Source: Tubiluchus corallicola (lineage: Eukaryota > Animalia > Priapulida). From it: a stretch of 64,000 nucleotides of DNA. A program made the position numbers and the translations under genes. The DNA lies in assembly GCA_030141605.1 (NCBI GenBank), contig JAQGDQ010000130.1, positions 62,001-126,000 of the forward strand. The letters are read 5' to 3'. Of the stretch, positions 23,994 to 37,313 are shown one piece after another. The first letter of the stretch is position 1. Each line of letters opens with the position of its first letter. The notes below the pieces were generated by a model. It worked only from the letters and a program-made list of their open reading frames with translations. It had not been told where the DNA came from and made no database searches.

Positions 23994-26900
23994 AGGTAAA
24001 TTGAACTTCCTCGATGACCGCCCAACTGCCAATACAAGTCATGCCGTTTCTGCGCCGTTCTGTGCATTGTGGTCCTGGCTATTTACCACCTGTAGCTAAG
24101 ACATCTCTGTCAGTTCAATGTTTCAACATCTCTATCAGTTCAGCGTTTTATTTTAGAGATTTATTCTTAACTATCAGCTACGTTGTGGTCCCGCTACTGC
24201 TAGCTCCCATTAAGTAGGCTTTCTGTAGTGTGCTATGCTGGATCTAAGCCTTCAGGATCCTGAAGTATATACGGCCACTTTTGTTAGGACGATGTTGTAA
24301 AAATAATAGGCCCAATGTAACAGGCCGCGTCGATGCATGTATTTCAAGTTTAGGAATATACTTGTTGGGCAGAAAATGTCGTAGATATTATTGGACCCAT
24401 TCCAGAAGTGGTCAGTTCTGTCATGCGCTGTCGCCGTTGTTGTTGTTGTTGTTATTGCGGACACTCAAAATTGTTGGAAATGCTGTCTAAATTATTGAAC
24501 ATTCGGCAACAATGATCCATGGTATCTATAATAGCAGTCTTCTCTCTGTCTTACCTATGTTAGTTCTGTAACTTCCTTAAAACGTACAACAAATATTAAA
24601 ATTTTAATCTCAAAGGTAATATCCTGATATCACAGAGGTGAACTTTTATTACTAACTATATACTACCTAAAGTATTAGGAAATGTGAAGAAGGTGATCCA
24701 TATTGTTGCCTGCTACATTATGCAATATTTATCGTTGCACTTTGAGTTAAAAATCCTTCCTTTTAATTTGAGACATGTTTCAAGGACTGCACTTCGTCCT
24801 TAATTATTACAAAGTTATAGCTGAAATGTTACACATTTGTTCTTTAAATAAGTATAAATTTTCATCAAAAAATTATATAACTTCCTATGCTTACAACTAA
24901 TGAAGTTTTTACTACTGAACCTGATGAGACGTTTGACTAAACATCGTAATGAGTACGGCAGAAATCTAAGCTGAGTCGTTCTATATGTAATTATAGATTC
25001 GTATGGACTAAGACTGGATACTGTATTTTCAAATAATAACAGTATTAGAGAGCTGTAAGTAGTTCACAGCTATAACACCCCTTTGTAAATGCACTGGTCC
25101 TGAGACAATAATTATTAATGATCGATATTCACGTTGTTGACTTCCCATTCTGTTCGGGGGGATCGATTCGTACAGTCTGTTTTCCCTGGAGGAACCAGCA
25201 AGTCAGAAGGGTCACGTGGTGTGCATAGCTCGCAGCAGGGAGGCCGTGCCGTACCATTAAGCTCGTGTAATCACGATTAATTGCACCTGTTTAATGCAGT
25301 CCAGAATTAATGTGATAAAATGATTGCTTTTATCTCACGTGACTGGATAGAGATCCTTGTATGTTTAATGAAGCCACGTTGGTCTACTATTTGTAGAGCT
25401 GGTCTTGCTAGCCTAACTAAAGCCAATGTGATGAACGAAACGTAGCATTTAATAAAAAAAGTCTTCTAAGTGGAAGTTAGAAAAGCCAGCCATGCAAATA
25501 CTGCCCACCAGTAATTATTGTGAACCCATCCGACTCATTTTCTGTCAACGAAAAACAATTTTATGATAATTTATGACGATTATCTTTATCTAAATCAACA
25601 CTGACGCAGTAACAGATAAATTTACTTGATAGTTGTAAAAATCACGACCAAGCTCGCACTAAAATTACGTATCGGATTGATTTTGTTTTTAAAATTGTTT
25701 AAAACATAGTGTCAATGGAGCACAATATAAAAACAGCTTGTTCCTGATATTCTGCAACTATGATAAAGTAATGTTAGATTTTGTTATGTGAGTCTGTAAT
25801 GTTGATTTTTAACGTGAAACTGAGACTCTAGCGCCATTTCCTGTAACTTTAAATTCTTCTTCCATACATGGTCTCTCTTACAGACGTTAGGCATTGCAAA
25901 CGTCGTTTTTCAATGTGGCGAAGTACCCATGTGTTTTGTTTATTGAGAAATTTCTACATTATGTAATAAAAGCATATTTTTTATTTATGTATTTATTCCA
26001 GGTTCAAGTGAAGGTGCTACAAGCTCCAACATGATTATTTCATTGCAAGTTCAAGTTTCTCTCTTTTGGTGGAAATGGCGACAAAGCGTGTAACCATCAC
26101 TAAGCCAACAAGAGGCCACGAAGTCGTATACAATCACAGTGACTTCGTGCGAGCAGATGTAACGCCGGTCATCGTAATCTGGCATTAAGTTGACAGTTGC
26201 CTTGGCTGAATGGTCCACATTTGAATAATCCTCCAGAAGTCCTAAACGCAAACGATCCGTCTAGATTTAGTCAGCTTTGGGAATCAGTGGAAGGTTTGCA
26301 GACCATGTATGCAACAGTCAAACAGATAAACGATAGAAAAGCTGAGATCTCGGTCAGCTAAAATGATGATGGAGCTGTTAAAAAACTCACGAAACTGCTG
26401 TGTTCACTTGTCTTGAAGGCATATTTCCTTCATTTTAGAATTTTGCCAGCCAATGTCTGCAATAGACGCAACGGGAAAATTTATGATGATGATGATTATT
26501 ATTATTATGAAACAATAGAGGAGGTATTTATTCTGCGTTATTAAAAATGTACTACATTTGTAAACCTGAAGCATACAGCACAGATGAAGCTGTTTTTGAA
26601 GTGAATACAAAAAAGCGACAAAAAAATCGCTGGAAAACTACAGTAACTAATGTTTGGAGAGAGCGAAAGCAGTTTTGCAAACCAGCACCTGCTGCTAGCC
26701 GCAAAATTTTCTAGGTGTCTAGGCGTGGAACCTTGTCCACCCAGTTGCTGTTTTGTGACACAAAGCATTAGATAATCAGAGGGTTGCTTCTCTTGACAAA
26801 TGTTTTGACAAAGAAGCAGAAGCAGCAGAGAGTCTCTCGGCGTTTTCATGGAACCCACAGCGAATGTTACTAAAAACAAACTGTTTTTTAAACAAAATTG

Positions 26901-27228
26901 ATTAAGGTTAAACTTGACTTGTTTATCAAAATTAATACACTTTTATTTTTGTGATGACAGCTTTATTAAACTGTAAAAAGTAATGATTAAAGTTTTCGAT
27001 AAATAAAATACGTCACAATGGTTAGGCAATTCTAATTTTGAAAATTTAGAATTATGGAATTGAAGATTCAAGCTGTTTGTTTTGTTTGAAGAGATTTTTA
27101 ACGTTTAACAATGCTACTAAAAGAATTTTTGCAGTAATTTTCCAACTGATGTGGCTTATCAACAGAAATGAATATAAAAAAGCTTTAAAACGTATAATTT
27201 AATTAAAACCGACTTTACTGAAACCAGA

Positions 27229-27684
27229 ATGGACGAAGAAAGCATAAAGCAGAAATTCGAAATAACACGTTCGAACGTAGAAACATTAAAAAAGGACATT
27301 TTTTATTTCGTGCAACCAGAAATGAAATATGACACCGAAGACGAAGATGTAGTTCCTTTACAACTGTCCAGTGATATTTGCGAAGGACAGTCTTTGTCTC
27401 CAAACAGCGATCCCATGCTTAAGGAATTCAAAATGGCGCAAGAGAAACTTAATTCAGGAAATCAGCGTTGTACTAGCTACTTCACCACACGAAGCGGAGA
27501 CCATGTTTACGTGATTGGCGCCACTGGAGATGGCAACAATGGCAAGCGAGAATTAATCAAGAGTTTGCAGAAAGCTAATGTTGACCTGAGTAACATGGTG
27601 ACAAAGTGCAACGAACTGCAAGACAAGATGGCTGCTTCCATGCAGCAATCACTCGAATCTCATCAAAATTTCAAATCCAGTTAG
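27229..27684 (+). CDS. Uncharacterised 151-aa ORF with predicted C-terminal coiled coil; may be the intact 3' part of a longer decayed CDS
   Basis: Longest non-repetitive, non-TE ORF in the window, with protein-like composition, good ATG context (AGAATGG) and a heptad-like C-terminus. The frame is open for about 17 codons upstream. No family recognised. Confidence 0.5.
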   Translation: MDEESIKQKFEITRSNVETLKKDIFYFVQPEMKYDTEDEDVVPLQLSSDICEGQSLSPNSDPMLKEFKMAQEKLNSGNQRCTSYFTTRSGDHVYVIGATGDGNNGKRELIKSLQKANVDLSNMVTKCNELQDKMAASMQQSLESHQNFKSS

Positions 27685-28496
27685 ATGAGCAAACATTCAT
27701 CAATTTTTCAGGAAATCGCAGAGTTTAACATTTGCGCGGGGCAATAACATTCTTCTTTATTATAGGCAGGCTCTACTCAAAACACTAGAAGCTTCTGAAT
27801 ACAAAATTCCGTTTTGGATGAAATGGTTATTTAACATATCATCATTATAACATCCAAAAAAATTAGCAATTAACATTTTTTCGAAATATTACAGCAAATT
27901 AAGAAAAATCCCAAAATAAAATTGACTTAACAGCTTTTGCATTATGCTTGGAGTTTATATTACAAAAATTCGTTATTTAATGAAAATGGTCGTTAGTGGA
28001 TGGTATAACGCTCTGTGTTTACTGCAAATTCAACTTTTAGTTCATCAAAAGCGCTGTGTGAAAGTTAGCTAAAATGTGACGAATATTTCCTTGATTCTTC
28101 AGCCTCCAGTGAATGTCATTAGCTTATTTTTAAACAAAATATTAGACAGAAAGACCTACGTAAGAGTTGTTATTTTTTATAAGCCCTAGTAATATCTGTC
28201 TATTGTCACAATTTTTCTGTGAACAGCACTAATTACATTGTAAGGTGAAAGAAAACGTATCCTATTGGTGCAAAACAAATATGCCTCAAGTCTGAATTTA
28301 AGAATAATTAAGGTTTTTTTATAGACAAAAGATTGTCCATTTTAATGGTTTTTGAGTAGTAGGCATTTTAGTTGAATTGATCGAATTTAACTTTTTGCTG
28401 ATTTCGTATCAATGTCTGCTTGAGCACCACATGAATTAAAATTAACATTGAATTGGGCGTTAAACAGATTACTATAAATGATGCATTGTTATAAGC

Positions 28497-28705
28497 CAGT
28501 GGGTCCCAACCTTTTTTGACCCGTTCCCCCTTTTTGAAGGCTGCTGATTCTCGTTCCTCCCTAGCCCACAAACAAAATGAAAAATGCATTTTTTAAATTC
28601 ATTTTCAATGCATAAATGAACAAAAAAATGCATTATTTTTATTTTTCCACCCATTCGTTCCTTCCCTGGAGGTGGCTCACCCCCCCCCTCCGTTGAGAAC
28701 CCCTG
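28497..28705. mobile_element. hAT-type MITE
   Basis: TIR CAGTGGGTCCCAAC / GTTGAGAACCCCTG; perfect 8-bp TSD TTATAAGC (28489-28496, 28706-28713). Confidence 0.88.
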
Positions 28706-29069
28706 TTATAAGCTATTTTATTGCTGTTTATGCAGGTCTTTAAATGTTACAAATTTAGAGCTTATAACAATGTTAGTTGGGCTTTTTATGTTCTATATTG
28801 GTAGTGTGATGTTCTGTAAAGCCATTGCCGTGATTACTATAATAACACTGTAGTTATGGACAGAATTATGAAGCCCTTGTCTGTACTGTATCAGGTCTAT
28901 GAAGCCAAGATGAAGCCATGTTGATTTGCGGACAATGTGCTACACAAAAGAGACGTTGTACTCTGTGTGTTCACTGTAGGCCTTGATATGTACTTGCTAA
29001 TTAAGGCACGCGGTGAATGCCAAGAGTGCAACTACAATACTCAGGACAGACTACAACTTAGGATGCTTC

Positions 29070-29070
29070 T

Positions 29071-29102
<32 letters not shown>

Positions 29103-29265
29103 CCCGCTCTCTCTCTCTTTCCATCCCTTCCCTATCTGTTGCTGTCTTTTTTCCTTCATTTCTGCCTCTCTGTCTCTCTCTGCTCCGTTTCCACCCGCTC
29201 TTAATTTTTCTTTCTCTTTCTGCTTTGTCCTTCTATCCTTCCTTCTTTCTTCCATCTACTTTTTA
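29070..29265. repeat. (CT)n and pyrimidine-rich low-complexity tract
   Basis: Directly visible. Confidence 0.9.
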
Positions 29266-29898
29266 CCTCGCCCGGTTTTCATGTCTAATAATATTGTTTG
29301 GTTTTAAGTTAAGATAACTGCCACCCCTTCCCCTCACACGCCATCAAGCGAGAATAAAATCTATTCAGCGAAGCCAACATCTTTCTCGGTTCATCCTAAC
29401 TTCCTCGTGTATCAATACAATACTCCACTTAGTGATATGTCACTACCAGATGTCGGTACTAAATTACACCCTTTGTTCTCACTATTAGTTCCGGTGACGT
29501 CATCGCATCACTTCCAGTGCAAATTGACTCAGTCGAGTAAAACGTATTTCCAGAAGCCGTGTGGCAGTCCTAAAAGGGTTTTATAGGGCAAAAAATACTC
29601 AGCGTCGCATGAACTTTAGATTGTGCGTTGTGTTTTAAGTGACTTTACGAGAAACGTAAAAGCTTCAAACAATAATTCAGCCATGTGTTCTACGCTATAC
29701 AGTCAGAAAAAACCCGATTCTTGATCATACTCAACAGAGCGGAACATGGTGAATTAAATGTCTAATTGAACGCCATTAACACTGCGTTAGATCACACGAA
29801 CAAATGAAACTAATGCAGTCGTATAAACACGATTAATAGTCCGATTAAATTTCGGTTAATAGTCGCAACAAAACTAATTGCAAAGTCGACGAAGGCTG

Positions 29899-30138
29899 AC
29901 TAGAGGTCAGTTTCAGCTGATATATGTAGTCTTGCTGACTCGCCAATGCTACCTCAGGTCAAGGTCAATAGTTTAGAAATTTAATATTTTCGTTCCTGTC
30001 AAATAAATCATAAATGTTATGGAAATGCAAAAGATCCCAAATGATCATGAATCTCGCATGCACATCATCCAAAGGTTACCATCAAAATACCTGAGTGACA
30101 GAGGTATAAAAAAACTAGCCACTGTGGCAGTGTATAAT
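29899..30138. mobile_element. Possible non-autonomous Helentron-associated element
   Basis: Starts ACTAGAGG, contains GGTCAAGGTCA, and ends with a short hairpin (cactgtggcagtg) followed by TATAAT; this resembles invertebrate HINE-type elements. Confidence 0.3.
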
Positions 30139-30340
30139 CGACCTTTCTTGTGGACTGGTTGAACTTTGTAGCAAAATTGTAAAACTTGGTACAAAATTTC
30201 ACGAATTGTCCGTGCAAACAACTTTCGTGTTATGTTATATTAAATTACTACTAGATTGATGAATCGTATTTTTGAAATAACTATTTCTCGAACAGTATTC
30301 TCGAACTACCTAATTGTATATGTCTGTCCTGCGTCTGTAA

Positions 30341-30489
30341 CTAAAATACAATTCCCCACACAATCTAAATACTCTAACTCCAACCCTAGCCCAACCCTGA
30401 ACCTACTCATAACCCTAACTCCAACCCTAACTCTAATAATCCGTTTCATGAATTAATTTCTTGTGTGTCGGAAATTGTAAACTTTAGCC
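30341..30489. mobile_element. Small MITE with internal degenerate (CCCTAA)n, copy 2
   Basis: TACAATTCCCCACACAA ... TTGTGTGTCGGAAATTGTAAACTTTAGCC; aligns with 4514-4644. Confidence 0.75.
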
Positions 30490-31186
30490 AAGTAAAGTTT
30501 ATACGTATATATTGAAGTACATATTACTGATTTCAGCAGTGCGCAAGCATAGACATTGCCGTATGAACTGGTTTGCCTCCTCTACAGAGTATTACAAATT
30601 TTATAATAATTAAAGTAATAAAACCGGGAATTGACAACGTCTAAACAATTGGATGAGCGAGTGGGTTGATGGGAAAGCAATTAAGTAATTAAATTAGACT
30701 GGGATTAATTGTTTTCAAGCAAAGTGCCAGGAAATTGCTTTTTATTTGTCTCGCAGAGACGATCCATCACAGTAATTTCTTGCATCTACGATTGACCAAT
30801 TAATTTAGAAAATAATTAACCATAACAGTAATTAAGAGCTGGCTTCATTAGCTGGCTTAATAAGTATGGATTAGATGTCAGATAGAAGGAAAAGGGTTAA
30901 ATTGATTGTTTTTTTAATGTGGAATCGAGTCAGCTTTAAAAGGAAATGACTCATCCCATTGCCATAAGATTATAATCTATTCCGAAATGTCTGCATTGGT
31001 TCATCAGATCTTTATTATAAATAGGTCATAAGTAGATTTCTATATAAAATATATAAACAATTAATGAATTTGAATTTGAATTTCAAGTATCATTTCAGAA
31101 TGGCTTCCATATAAAACACTAGTTAAAAACGTACAAAATAAAAGATAGTACTACACAAAAATTAGTAAAACACGCTACTATGTAGA

Positions 31187-31445
31187 CAGTGCCGGAGTTA
31201 GGAGAAATGAGGCCTTATGCTAGTAAGGTTATACGGCTCCTTACTTGGAGGTAGCGCCTGTAGGCCCGGAAAACTTCACCCAGATGATACTGAACCCAAG
31301 CACTACAGACCAATTTCACTTTTATAGCTTTCCGGAAAAACATTTGAATGTATGACATTTGAAAAACCATCGTAAAAATTTTTTGGCAGGAAGATGGCCA
31401 ATGAGGCCTTAAACACACCTAAACACAATGGTAAATGCCGCACTG
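31187..31445. mobile_element. Probable hAT-type MITE
   Basis: Imperfect TIR CAGTGCCGGAGTTA / TAAATGCCGCACTG; TSD not exact. Confidence 0.45.
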
Positions 31446-31594
31446 TATATGTATATACAGTACATACAAAACACAACACCCCGCCCGGACAGTTCCTGCG
31501 TAAAATTCCAAAGCGGCTAAGCTGTTCAAATTTAAGTTTAGTGGCTGCAAAAAATGGTTAATCACCGTCTGATTAACATATGTAAATCTTTGCA

Positions 31595-31720
31595 CTGGTT
31601 GATATAGCTTAATTGACAGCATGCTTGCTTTTCGCCAGAAGGCGCGTGTTCAATTCCCAGTCGAATCATTAAAAAAGACAACAAAGTGGTACCAATACAG
31701 TTCTTGTAGGCCCACTAGTA
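31595..31720 (+). mobile_element. tRNA-derived SINE fragment
   Basis: A-box-like TAGCTTAATTGACAG and B-box GTTCAATTCCC, followed by a gtcgaatcat..aaagac..aagtggtacc body. Confidence 0.5.
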
Positions 31721-32653
31721 CAAAGCAAATGATGTAGATCTATTGCTGAATCTTTTAATACCAAATAGCCGCCTCGCATCAACTACAGTTATGCATATGA
31801 TTTTTTTATTAACAAAAAATAAATAAGTAAATTAATAAATAAATAAGTATAATAAGTTTTCTAAACAAATTAATGGCTGATCCGAAGCCTTCGTCACGTT
31901 CAATGTAACATTTACGTATAACCTCTGAAATAACGGTGGAAGTGACGCGATTGTTACCTTTTTGAACTCATGAAAACTGGATATATCCAGAAAAACCTTA
32001 ATCGGGTCTTTCAAGTTACTCAGCAACGCAAGCGTGTATGAAGTTTTTATCCTTGAAACTTCTAATTAAAGCTTCATCAGCACGGCCTAAGTTAATTGTA
32101 TTTGTAGAGCTATCAACATAGCTCACTTACAATAGTTCCCTTCTCAAGAATTCATGCCCCCAGAATGCTCTTCCTATCCTTCGTTTATTATTGACTAAAT
32201 TTGCGTGAGTCGGGAAGAAGAAATTCGATTTTGGGATAATTTCGTTTAAAATGCTGAATTCTGACTGAACGAGTGGTTGATCAATAATTACTGCCACTGC
32301 CTACAGGCAAAAATGTTACATGAACAGAGAACGTAGGCTGAGCATTGTGCAAGGCAGATTAGATTGAAGACTAGACTTGAAGTACCATGTCATCTGCATA
32401 ATTAAGCTAGTTGTCTTTTTGTCTTATCGTATTTTTATTTTATTTATTTCGTAATCTTAAACTGAATCTTTTCATTTTACTCTTCATTTCTACTTGCATT
32501 TTGCAAAAATCTCAGACAAATCGGATTAGACGTAGGCTTTTCAGATTTTTTTCGTCAGTCAGATACGCTTTAGTCAGGCAAATCGAGTGAAATACAAAAA
32601 TACGAGTCATAACTGCTTCTTGGACACGCTCACAAAGTTATAACCTGTTTTTA

Positions 32654-32986
32654 CGGCGCGTTTAGAGTAGCGAGTTCTTTCTAGAAAGTAAACTCTTCAT
32701 AGTCTTCAAGTAGCTCGCCAAGTAACTCGCAAGCTTGTTCAAACTACAGAGTAAAATTTGCTGCGAATTACTCTCCGACAGTAAGCATGAACTTACACTC
32801 TCTTCTTTATTCGTTGCAAGAGGTGCCGAGAGTAACTCGCCGAGGCGTTCACACTAGATTGTAACTCGCATCAACTGTCGAAGAGTTCGCAGTAATAGGA
32901 GCTTGCAAACGTAGTTCACACTTACGAGTTTACTTGCTGTCAGAGAGAAAACTCACTACAAAAACTCCGCTAGTCTAAACGCGCCG
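32654..32986. mobile_element. PIF/Harbinger-type MITE
   Basis: TIR CGGCGCGTTTAGA(G/C)TAGCG; 3-bp TSD TTA (32651-32653, 32987-32989); repeated internal AACTCGC motifs. Confidence 0.85.
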
Positions 32987-33159
32987 TTAGATCTGTTCAA
33001 ATAACCGTATGTGACTGACATTTTGACATTTTAGCACAACTTGAACACTTCACAGAAAGCACAGACATAACTGAAGTAGTAATTTATAATCTTAATGACA
33101 ATATTAGTAGTTAGCGGTGGAACACAACGGCAATTATTGTAGTTTTGGAACCAAACTTG

Positions 33160-33460
33160 AACGAAATGGAGGACAGGTGGAAGAGTGTTGACTGGGACAG
33201 TGTTTGATTCAGAAACACCAAGATTACAATTTCAGTTGTGAACTTTACAGATTCGTGCCTTCTGATAACTAAAGCCTACTGGTGTATTTGTTGTAAATAA
33301 CTGTGATCGAACGTAGTAACTGGCCGCTACATATGGTAGAGACAGTCAGACATTTTAAGCTTGGATGTTTGATGTGGATTATAAATAGATGAAATCTCTA
33401 AAACGGGTTGTTGATACCAGTACAAATGGAAGTTTTGAAGTAGCTGCGTGTGTGCGGCGG
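33160..33460 (+). pseudogene. Very decayed PIF1-type (Helitron-like) helicase remnant
   Basis: In order, across frameshifts: GG.G.(K)S-like Walker A (~33168), KPTGV..VN (~33273), IDEIS (~33385) and G.LK*LRV resembling GD..QL.PV. Confidence 0.4.
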
Positions 33461-34036
33461 CAACAGCGAGATAAGGATATGGCTATAAATTTTCTCAAAA
33501 ACTTGCATTGCTCATGTTCACTGTGTCTACAAACATTTCCAGTTTTATTTGCTTGCGAAGCCTCGAATTGCAGCTTGAACCCGAGGTCACCTTGAAACAT
33601 GCATCACGTGATTGGTGGGTGACATTCATGCTGACATTGCAGCAAGACTTACGATTATGGTAACGATGTGATTACGTTAATGAAACTAGAATAATCGTCG
33701 AAATAGAGTGATGGTGCAGTATGCGAATAGAAACTGTGTGCTGACCATCACTCGGCACTTAAATCAATGTATCCTGTATCTTGTGTGCAGAACAGTAATG
33801 TGGCCGTCTGTATTAAATAAACAGCTTCTTTCTTATTTCTAGATTTCATTATTTATTGTTCCTTCCCTTTTCTCTGTTTTCGGTTCCTCGTTTTTTTCCT
33901 TCTACCTTTTGATTAGTTGCTTTTTTGTCTATGTAGTATTACTTCTTTTTTTATTTATCTGCCTGTCTCATTCCTGTCTTCGAATTGAGTTGGGTTTGTT
34001 TTCCATTATCATTGTTGATTACGTCTCCTCCTTCTC

Positions 34037-34050
34037 GTTGCCGTGGTAAC
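34037..34050. promoter_or_regulatory. RFX X-box motif
   Basis: GTTGCCGTGGTAAC fits the consensus. Confidence 0.35.
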
Positions 34051-35490
34051 CAGCTGCCTCATGAATGAGTGCTTTCACAAGAAACATTTTTCTTGTTTTC
34101 AAGCAAAAATGTTCGAGTAGCTATTACTGATAACGAAGCCCAGGATTTAATTCAAAATCCTGCAAGTATGACAAACTGTAATCTTGTCAGCACATTATCC
34201 ATTTCAATCCTACAATTTCGTTTGCTCGGCTTCATGCAAGGCTTCTTCCCTTCTGAAACAAAATCTTTCCGTTTTTAAGGGTATTTAGATTTTATTTAGT
34301 TGTGCTGTAACCTGTATTGTGTTATTTTTAGATGTGCAGTAACTAAAAAATATAACTTTTTCATACACAATTATCCAACAAGCTAATGCTGGAGCGTCAC
34401 AAGGGAAAGCGTTCGGCCGGTTATTTTTCAGTGTGAACATAAATGAATTTACATAAAAAACTACCTACAATGCTAGCAATAAAAACTTAACTTACTTACT
34501 TCTTGTAAAGTTTATCTGGATGGATTTCATATAAATTCGTTAATACTTTACTGCCTGCTTTTGCAAATTATTAACGTAAATGTCCAAGCAAATAAATGTC
34601 TGAAGATACACTAGTCATTTGTTATCTAGAACTAGCTGTCCTTGATTAGAATTTTCGTAATCCCCTTTAGTAAATCCTAAGCTTGCACTAATTAATATGC
34701 ATAACACGAGGAGACTAATTACTAATTAATGTAGACAGTGTGATGCTGAGCATGATAATTGAAAGGACGTTGGTATTAATTGGCAGGAAGATCAACACGC
34801 TCATAATAAATATCTTATGTGGGTATGGGTATACGTATAAGAACGAACGAAAAGGAATAGCTTCGAACGTTTGGACTACTTGCAAAGAACTAACCACGTA
34901 ATTTGTCAGAATCGAAGAATAAATTCATGTGCATAAATTCCTGATTGTAAACACGATATTTTTATTACGCTATGAGTTTGTTTTAATTTTACTGAGAAGT
35001 TTATCATTGACCGAGTTTATCCTATTGACATCAGTTCTGCAACCAAAATTATTTGAATAGATGCTGTAATAGTTGAAACGCTGTTGTGACGGAAGTAGTT
35101 GATAAACGTACAAATACAAAAAAATAGTATTTAATTTACCAATTAGCAGCCGAAGAGCTAAAAATATAAAGAAATTTACTAACTACTTCCCTCACTACAC
35201 TATAATACACCGTCTGCTTTAGTTATTTCCATATAATCAGAAACAAGCTGCGAGATTAACCCTCCAAATGTTAGGAAAAAGGAAGTAATACTTCTTGAAA
35301 TTGAAACGAAATTGTTTTAAGTTTAGAGTGACTGAAAATGTTTGTAGGTTCGGAAATGTACTTTTTTGTAGAGCTAGTAAAATACACTCAGCCATTGTCA
35401 CCATAACAAAGTAGAGATTATGCTACTGCGAAAAAGGTGATTTTGAGCGATTGTGCAGTTAGTAACAGAGTCTTCTTTACGCAGATGTCA

Positions 35491-36234
<744 letters not shown>

Positions 36235-36316
<82 letters not shown>

Positions 36317-36415
36317 CTTCTGCGTGTGTGTGTGTGTGCGTGTGCGTGCGTGCGTGCGTGCGTGCGTGAGTGTGTGTATGGGGGGATGGGTGGGTGCGTG
36401 CGGGCGTGTGCGAGC
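36235..36415. repeat. (TC)n followed by (GT)/(GCGT)n microsatellite
   Basis: Directly visible. Confidence 0.95.
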
Positions 36416-36472
36416 GTAAATTCGAGATGATTTTAAGTGTGCATGCGTAACGTAAGAGTACAGGTTGCTTAA

Positions 36473-37313
36473 AGGAAAACAGGATAATTTTTCATGTTGT
36501 ACTTACGGCTGAAGTAGGCACATGTTAAAATTAAATCAATAAAATTGAAGTTAACGAAACGTAAATTTATTGCTGGCAAGTAAATACAGTTCACAAGTTC
36601 AGATGTGCTTTTGAAGGTGGGCTTTATCTAGAACAGATTCGAATTCTGACTTTGTGTTAGTAAAAGCTACCAGTCAGGTGCACATGTGAGCTTATAAAAA
36701 GGGAAGGCCTACTGTAGATCCTTGTCAGTGGTCGGTGTCATTTAGAGCAGGGGTATCTCCTCCAGGTCTGTTCACAGTGGTCGGTTGGGTCCTTTCTTCT
36801 AGAGTGGACATTTGGGTAAGCTGATTGTGTAGCTGTATAAGCTTAATAATAAACGGTTAATTCAACTCCATGATTCGAATTTATTTTAACTGAAATGTTT
36901 GGTTAGTTTAAGCAAAACATGTAGCATAAATTAGGCCGCAGTGTTGTCCGTCCTGTCTCCGTTATGAACGGCGACAGTCCAATATCCTACTGATTTTGCA
37001 CTACGTTAAAAACTATACGCTGTGTTCAGAAAACGTGTGCGCTAGGTCACAAATGAACAGCTCAGAACTGAGAGGCACAGCGCCTGTTTTTGTGCAACGC
37101 CTTTCCGAGATGCAGGCGCTAGTGCCTATCTAACTAGCGAATGGCACAATGCATGTAATAGCGGAGAACCAGGCGCGCGAATGCGAATTACGTTTCAGTG
37201 GTAGTAATAATTTTTTGGCGTAAGTTATTCTTGAAAAAACACCGTGTCTTCTTTCAATATTTTATAGTGTAGATTGTTTTGAGCTGTAGTTTAAAATGTG
37301 GTCCGGTTTTCCT
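36473..37313. mobile_element. Non-autonomous Kolobok-type DNA transposon, family A, copy 2 (inverted relative to copy 1, longer interior)
   Basis: TTAA at 36469-36472 and 37314-37317; TIR AGGAAAACAGGA / TCCGGTTTTCCT. 37060-37313 is the reverse complement of ~2728-2950. Confidence 0.8.

Noticed and set aside
31595-31670. Functional tRNA genes at the A/B-box-like sites (also ~10640, ~14240, ~51405, ~62640)
   Set aside because: No complete cloverleaf or acceptor stem; better explained as SINE heads or chance.
36705-36730. miR-10-like sequence (ctgtagatcc) suggesting a Hox cluster
   Set aside because: Only a 10-nt match without the seed or a hairpin; it lies inside a transposon, and no homeobox was seen in the window.
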